Source: Prasinococcaceae sp. CCMP 1430
Lineage: Eukaryota > Plantae > Prasinodermophyta
Direction: 5' to 3'
Assembly (NCBI GenBank): GCA_013416795.1
Contig: RQSC01001236.1
Span: 5,672-24,384, forward strand
Length of the DNA stretch: 18,713 nucleotides
The first letter of the stretch is position 1. Each line of letters opens with the position of its first letter. The notes under the pieces were generated by a model, which did not search any database, had not been told where the DNA came from, and saw nothing but the letters and a program-made list of their open reading frames with translations. A program made the position numbers and the translations under genes. Positions 11,001 to 18,713 of this stretch are shown here, in pieces.

Positions 11001-13142
11001 AAGGGGCGACGCGGCAGCGCCTCCTGTACCACTGAGCTCGTGGCTTGGCTATGGCTTCGACCGCGCGAAGCTCTCAGCCAGCATGCTCACGCTGTTCGAG
11101 AGGCGCGCGGAGGCTGCGGTGGCCGAGCTCGCCGAAGGCGCGCGCGGCGAGCCGTTCGTGGTCAAGGACCCGCGCCTGTGCCTCACCCTCCCGCTGTGGA
11201 GGCCCTTGCTGCCCAACATGCAGTGCGTGATCATGTACAGAGACCCGCAGGAGCTCGTGGACTCGATGGTTGGGCTGTCAGATGTGCTCGACGATGGCAG
11301 CGGTGCAATTGCAAGGGCACTCGCATCGAGCCCCGCGAATGCCACCCTTGGCTCTTCGCGTGGCGCGACCGGTGGCAGAGGTGGGCTAGAGACCTACGCC
11401 CGCGCGCTCGCGATCGTGTCCACCGCCCCCACGAGGGGCGGCGCGGTGAAGTCCAAGGAGTTTGCGACGGACGAGCGCCTGCGCGCCGGGCTAAAATCCG
11501 GCGTGATGGAGGTCGTGGAACAGGTGCGACCGCGCGCAGTGCTGCGTGTGCCTACCAGCCAATGCGTTTGAGCGCTGCGTGTGACTGACGTCATGGTGCG
11601 CGCTACCTGAACACTCCCCTACGTCTATGCCCGCGCGTGCACGCCACCACGACACGCACGCAGTACCTGACGTCTGCACTCGAGGCGTGCGTCGGGGCGC
11701 CCACCGCGATCGTTCCGTTCGACTCGCTCCATGACCCGCGCGCGTTTGCGTTCGCTCTGCGCGAGAGATTGGTGGACGCATGGCCTGGCTTGGGCGATGT
11801 CCTTGCGACGCCCACCGACGATGCCATTGGTGAGGCGCTCTTCGGCGCCGACGAATGGGCCGCGCAACGAGCGAGTGCAACGACCAAGGGCGCGCCTGTG
11901 AAGCTGGAGCTGGGGGACCCAGCTCGAGCGGGTAGGCGGCGAGCAGAGGCGGCAGCGATGCGCGGTGCGTCGCCGGCATCTGCTGCTGTAGCAGAAGGCA
12001 GCGTCGAGATGGCCAGTTCGACAAATGATATGACAATTCGTGAGCCGTACGCAGGGTTGAGCCTCGGGCTGCAGCGCCTCTCAAAGGCGTTCGAGGGGGC
12101 ACTGGCGGCGACTGCCAGTGGCGGGCCCGACGATGCGTATGGCGATTCTTCTTCACGCGGCGAGCGGCACCCGCTCGCCCCGAGGCCTGCATCTCTCGCA
12201 GCACACGTGCTCTCCGAGGCAAGCGTCGGCGGTCATGTGCGCGTTCTGCTCTTCTGGACGACGAGCCCGGAGTCCTTCGGCGCGCAGGAGTCGAGCGTCC
12301 TCGAGAGCATCTTCTACCACCACCCGCAAGCGGAGGTGGCCGTGTTCTCCAATACACTGCCCACCGACTTCTTTGCGAGCTTCGCGCTTGCGGGCTACGC
12401 GCTGAGCGTCGAGCCATATGACCTTCGTGGCACCCTCGCGAAGCACTGGCCGGCGGACTTTGACTTTTTCAGCGCGGAGAAGTCATCGGATTTCTTTTAC
12501 TCGCACGCCACGGACGCTCTGCGCTTTGCGCTCCTGTACGAGCGCGGCGGCGTGTACATGGACTTCGATGTGGTCCTCGCCAACCCGCTCGACAACCTGC
12601 CGGAGCGATGGCTGGCCTTCCAATACTCGAAGGAGCACCCGCCGAAGCGCACCAACTGGGCGGCGCGTCTCTTCGATCCGGAGGACACCAGCACGTGGGT
12701 GGTCAACGGCGCGATGATGGCTTTCCCCCCGCGGGACCCCTTCATGGCACGCGCGCTGGAGACGGTGCCCGAGGTATGGGACCCGGAAGTGTGGTACTCG
12801 ATCGGTCCGCAGCACCTCACCAACCTGCTGCTCGACAGGGTGAATGCCCGGCGCGTCCCCGAGTGGGAGGGGGTTGCCATCCTGCCGATGGAGGCCGTCG
12901 CGCCAGTTCCGTGGTACCTCGCGGAGGCGTGCACGCGGCGCTCGGTGGGCGGGCCGGATGACTGCCCGGTCTCGTGGCTGCAGGTGAAGCACCACGCCCG
13001 CGCCTTCCATCTGTACAACAAGATCACGAGCGCCGCGAGCATCGAAGAGGGCTCGCTGTACCACCACCTCCTGACCGCCTTCAGGCTGCCGGCGCCCGCT
13101 CCCGGGGTGCTGGGGAGGAGGGGAGACGCCCGCCTCAGGTGA
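5037..13142 (+). CDS. Giant membrane-anchored multi-domain glycosyltransferase/sulfotransferase, ~2612 aa. Exons 5037..5416, 5544..11523, 11664..13142. Order: TM, GT92-like, degenerate sulfotransferase, PAN/apple, GT31, sulfotransferase, GT32
   Basis: TM: ALGATVALLVVAVAGCGLLAV after RRRRRH. GT92/GT2-like: ICTLVRDEARALREWLHHH...YVYDDSSTD...QTAALNDC...WLAFVDTDEFL...KSF...NHY. PAN: CASMCDALDECAHFLY...CCRLF. GT31: LIAVMS...RATIRATWG...EEAQLHGDIL...DSYLHLPYK...FFMKFDED...GYIL...EDAMLG. Sulfotransferase: LLGFHHSGTS...FWE...VKDPRLCLTLPLW...MYRDP. GT32: ESIFYHHP...DALRFALLYERGGVYMDFD...NGAMMAF...IGPQHLT...HLYNK. Both introns splice in frame. Confidence 0.8.
5417..5543 (+). other. Intron 1 of the giant GT gene (127 nt, phase 2)
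   Basis: Donor AC|GTGCGT, branch GCTGAC (5481-5486), first downstream AG is TCGCAG|G. Splicing joins the TM exon to the 2018-aa frame (LVPTH-T-AQQREP). Confidence 0.75.
11524..11663 (+). other. Intron 2 of the giant GT gene (140 nt, phase 0)
   Basis: Donor CAG|GTGCGA, branch ACTGAC (11584-11589), first downstream AG is ACGCAG|TAC. Splicing removes the stop at 11569-11571 and yields VVEQ-YLTSALEAC...VPFDSLHDP, which completes the sulfotransferase C-terminus. Confidence 0.8.
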
Positions 13143-13400
13143 CGTCGCGGGCCTCCCACCCGCGTGTCCGTGCAGCGCGGCGCGCGTCGGCAGACTCGGC
13201 TCGCGTGCACCGTTTGCTGTACGCAGCCAACATTAACCCTACATTTATGACCCAAAACATTTCGGTTGAAGCGTGGCGCCGAAGCCGGGGGGATCTGCGC
13301 GCGCGCGCTGGGCGGGGGCGGGCCACACCGCGCGGGGAGAGAGGAGGAGCCCCCCCCGGGGGCCGTGGGTGGCGGCGTGGCCCGCGCCGCCACCGCGGAA

Positions 13401-14334
13401 ATGGCGACGACGGGCGATGCGGGCGGCGCGCCGCGCCTCTACCACGAGCGCCAGGAGAGCGGCTTCTGCGGCGCGCACGCGCTCAACTGCCTGCTGCAGG
13501 CGCCGCTGCTCGACGAGGTCGCGCTCGCCCAGGTCGCCGCCGAGCTCGACGCCAGGGAGGCAAAGCTCAGGGAGGGGCCGGCCCTGCCGGCCGGCGGGGG
13601 CGGGCCGCCGCCGCGCGTGTCGCGCTCGACAGACACCTGGATGGTCCGCAAGCTCGAGGGGGCGGACGGCACGGCCAACGTCGACGCGGCCGGCAACTTC
13701 TCCGTGAGCGTGCTCGCGCAGGCGCTCTCGGCGTTCGGCGCCGAGCTGCTCACGCCCACCCAGGCCGACGCGCAGACGAGGCGAGCGGGCGGGGCGGCGC
13801 AGTCGGGGTGCGTCGCCGCCGCATGCCTGCGCGCGCTCCGCGCCGGCCCAAGCGCTGACGCCGGCGCGCTCGCCGCCGCCGCCGCCGCGACCTCCTGAAC
13901 GCAGCGTGCTGTCCGCGCCGCACCTGGAGCGGGGCTTCCTGCTCAACCGCGCGTCGCACTGGTACGCGCTGCGGCGCGTGCGCGGCGCGTGGTACGACTT
14001 CAACTCGCTTCTCGCTGCGCCGCAGCATCTGAGCGACTTCCACCTCGGGGCGATGCTGGCCGAGCTGGCGGACAGCGGGGGGAACGTCTTCGTCGTCCGC
14101 GGCGCGCTGCCGGACAGGGAGCCGCAGCCGGACGACGCGTGCGAGCGCGGCAGGTACTGGTCGCCGGAGGAGGCCGCCGCCGCGCTTGCCGAGGCCGTCC
14201 GCGCCGCGTCGGAGGGCGACGCCCTCGCCGCCGCGCTGGCGGCGAGCGTGCACGAGAGCCAGCGGGTGCTCGAGCGCACGGAGAGCGAGGACGCCGACCT
14301 CGCGCGCGCCATAGCGGCCAGCCTGGCGGACTGA
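13401..14334 (+). CDS. ATXN3: Ataxin-3 homolog (Josephin deubiquitinase with two C-terminal UIMs). Exons 13401..13780 and 13905..14334
   Basis: LYHERQESGFCGAHALNCLLQ (catalytic Cys), GNFSVSVL, SHWYALRR (His), WYDFNSL (Asn), VFVVRGALP. UIM-like motifs DALAAALAAS and EDADLARAIAASL. Confidence 0.9.
13781..13904 (+). other. Ataxin-3 intron, probably GC-AG (124 nt); alternative GT donor at 13808
   Basis: Donor GAG|GCGAGC, branch GCTGAC (13854-13859), acceptor ACGCAG|C. Both candidate donors are phase 2. Confidence 0.6.
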
Positions 14335-14543
14335 GCATCGGCCGCCCGGCATGTATGTATGTGCAAGTGTACAAGTAGCAGTTGGGACGGGGAGCTCGTG
14401 CGCCGCGCCCCTGCGCCTCTGCGCGCTGGGTGCCGCCGCGGCCGGCCGCGCCGCGCGTATCGCCCGCTTCGATATCGCCCGCTTCGCCTAAATTACGCCA
14501 CGCGCGCGCGCCGGCCGCGCGACTCCTACCGTCGCGCCCCCGC

Positions 14544-16623
<2,080 letters not shown>

Positions 16624-16631
16624 GCTGTTAA

Positions 16632-16681
16632 TACATGCCGGGAAAACTACACCGTACAAACAATGCTACAGTACAGTTACA
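16632..16681 (-). terminator. Cluster of TGTA-type putative polyadenylation signals, including TGTAA overlapping the ASNSD1 stop codon
   Basis: Six TGTA on the minus strand within 50 bp between convergent stop codons. UGUAA is the known chlorophyte poly(A) signal. Confidence 0.45.
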
Positions 16682-18554
16682 CGCGCTCGGCCACCGGCGA
16701 GTCTATGACGACTGTGCCGCCGTGCGCCTTGTTTGCCGCCTTGTTGCTCCCGAAGTCGCGCACGTTTCGTTGTTTGGCGATGCGCGTGCCGAAGTGCACC
16801 GCGCGCTTCACGCGAGCCGCCGCCTTGGGCAGCCCCAGCTGGCGCGCGATCGCACGGAGGCACGCCTTGTCGCCCTCGCCCGGCGGACGCGACAGGTCCG
16901 CGATCGCCCACACAGGGTGCGCCAGCATGGCGCACACGAAGTCTTCGTCCAGAAACGGCGAGCGGCACTCGCGCGAGCGGTCCGCCATGAGCCTGTCGTC
17001 GCGGCCGCAGTTTCGGCTCCAGAGCCGTTGCATGTCCAGCGCGCACTCGCGCTCCAGCGCGCCCGGCCCGCCCTCGCGGTGTTTGGTGCGGTGGCGCGAG
17101 TAGCCGCAGCACTGCTCGTCCGCGCCACCGCCGAGCAGAACCACCTTCGCCCTGCCGCGATACTCACCAGGCAACGGGTGCACAGCACCATCGCGGTATA
17201 TGGTGCACGCGCCAGCGCACGAGGCCGCCGTCCACAGTGCCGCACCAATGTTGTAGTCCATGTGCGTACGGCACGGATAGAGGGCAGCGCGCAACCGCGC
17301 CTCGGCCGCATCCACAGCGTCCAGCGTGGAGTCGACCTCGACGAGGCGAAATTCGCGCGACGGGCACGCGCGCGCGAGTTCGGCCGCGCCCTCGCGCGCG
17401 GAGAGGCGGTCAGGCGAGCTGCCGCCAGCAAAGCACACCGTCACCAGCTCAATCGCCAGCTCGGCTGGCACCTCGTCGGCGGCCAGACGCGCGACGAGCG
17501 CCGAGTCCACGCCGCCGCTGAAGAGGACAGCGACACCGGCGGCGGGCAGGGCAGGCGACGGCTCCCCGCTACCTGCGCCGCCGCAGGCACCAAGCCGCGC
17601 TCGCTCGCTCGTGCCCCCCCTCGTGCCCGCGACCACGCTGGACGCCGGCGCGTGCGCGTGCGCTCCGAGCGTCGCGCGGGCGCACCGCGCCCGAACGGCT
17701 CGCCGCAGGTACTCGAGGGCGTCGCCGGCGGCGGCTTTGCGCCCTGCCACCACCATCTCCACATCCTCGGGCGCGGAGGCGAACGCGGTGCCGTCGGCGC
17801 GCCGGTGCGCCGCGAGTGTCCTCGGCACGCTGCCTTCTGGCCACTCGAGGCGCTCCAGCTCACGCATATCCGCGGGCGTACGCTCGCCGCCCGCAGCGCT
17901 GCCCAACCCGACCCCTACGCGGCATCTGTACACGCCGGGCGGTACCTCCTCCCACGCGTCGGTCTCCGCGCCGAAGGCAATGGAAGACAGGACAAGCGCC
18001 GGTCCCCGCGCGCCGAGTTCGGGCCGAGGCCCACTTGCCGCCCGCGCTGGGCGGCGCATCTGCAGCGACCGCCGGCCGTACACGTCCCTGCCGAAGTAGA
18101 GCGTCCGCGACTGTGCGCAATAATACACCAACGCCCAAGGACCGCGGAGGGCGGCGAGCGCGGCGACAATGGCAGTGCCATCGCCGGACCGCGGAGCGGC
18201 TGCGGCAGCGTCCAGCGCGCGCAGGACGGCAACGCCGTCTCCGCGCTCCTCATCGACCTCGACGCCGCCGAAGACTTCGCCATTGTACAGCAGTGCGCTC
18301 CCCTCGACGCCCGCGAGCGGATACGACGGTGCCTCCAGCCCTGCGCCGCCGCCGCCGCCGCCGCGCAGGCGCAGAGTCGCCTGCGCGAGCGTGAGCGCGA
18401 CGCCGGCACCATCGATCTTGACGCGCGCCACTCCGAACGCGTCCGGCCCGCGCCTGCGCAGCGCCTCGCTCGCCGCGTCCAGCTCAGCCTCGCCGGCCTC
18501 GCCCCCACCAGCGCCCAGCCCCGCGGCAGAGACGACGCACACGATGCCGCACAT
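16677..18554 (-). CDS. ASNSD1: Asparagine synthetase domain-containing protein 1 (ASNSD1/YML096W-like), single exon, 625 aa
   Basis: N-terminal MCGI (class II glutamine amidotransferase Cys2), YNGE, GRDVYGRRSL, VAVLFSGGVDS, SPDR, GADEQCCGYSRH, RNCGRDDR, PFLDE, GDKACLR, KRAVHFGTR. Confidence 0.9.
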   Translation of the reverse strand: MCGIVCVVSAAGLGAGGGEAGEAELDAASEALRRRGPDAFGVARVKIDGAGVALTLAQATLRLRGGGGGGAGLEAPSYPLAGVEGSALLYNGEVFGGVEVDEERGDGVAVLRALDAAAAAPRSGDGTAIVAALAALRGPWALVYYCAQSRTLYFGRDVYGRRSLQMRRPARAASGPRPELGARGPALVLSSIAFGAETDAWEEVPPGVYRCRVGVGLGSAAGGERTPADMRELERLEWPEGSVPRTLAAHRRADGTAFASAPEDVEMVVAGRKAAAGDALEYLRRAVRARCARATLGAHAHAPASSVVAGTRGGTSERARLGACGGAGSGEPSPALPAAGVAVLFSGGVDSALVARLAADEVPAELAIELVTVCFAGGSSPDRLSAREGAAELARACPSREFRLVEVDSTLDAVDAAEARLRAALYPCRTHMDYNIGAALWTAASCAGACTIYRDGAVHPLPGEYRGRAKVVLLGGGADEQCCGYSRHRTKHREGGPGALERECALDMQRLWSRNCGRDDRLMADRSRECRSPFLDEDFVCAMLAHPVWAIADLSRPPGEGDKACLRAIARQLGLPKAAARVKRAVHFGTRIAKQRNVRDFGSNKAANKAHGGTVVIDSPVAERV

Positions 18555-18713
18555 CCCTCTCACACGCCGCGCGAGCGGATGCGCAGCGGACGCCGGAGGG
18601 CACGCGGGGGCTGAGCCGGCCGAAGAACAGCCGGTCGCGTCGGCGGGACGGTGGAGAGGTCGGGCCGGCCGCCCGGCCGGCCGGCCGGAGGCGCGCGCGA
18701 GGCGGCCCTCTCG

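Noticed and set aside
11637-13142. Stand-alone GT32 gene
   Set aside because: It has no ATG start, promoter space or membrane anchor. A canonical intron joins it in frame, and its first residues complete the upstream sulfotransferase domain.
1786-13904. Introner-type repetitive introns
   Set aside because: The five introns share no extended sequence similarity or terminal repeats visible by eye.

Overview
This is eukaryotic, very GC-rich nuclear DNA, most consistent with a compact green-algal (prasinophyte-like) genome. The evidence is spliceosomal introns with CTGAC branch points and plastid-related genes; the taxon is inferred. In order, the window holds: the 3' part of a BAR-like coiled-coil gene (+); an ABCB29-like half ABC transporter (-, two introns, broken by a 474-N gap); a ~1.5 kb intergenic region with a telomere-like/palindromic cluster, a frameshifted Pif1/Helitron-helicase-like fragment and simple repeats; a giant three-exon gene (+, ~2612 aa); ataxin-3 (+, probable GC-AG intron); adenylosuccinate lyase (-) abutting PPD1 (+) head-to-head with no room for promoters; and ASNSD1 (-). 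The standout is the giant gene, which the ORF track splits into three pieces. Once spliced it reads: N-terminal membrane anchor, GT92-like glycosyltransferase, degenerate sulfotransferase, PAN/apple module, GT31, intact sulfotransferase, GT32. It looks like a single-chain assembly line for a sulfated glycan. All family assignments come from motif recognition by eye, not database searches.
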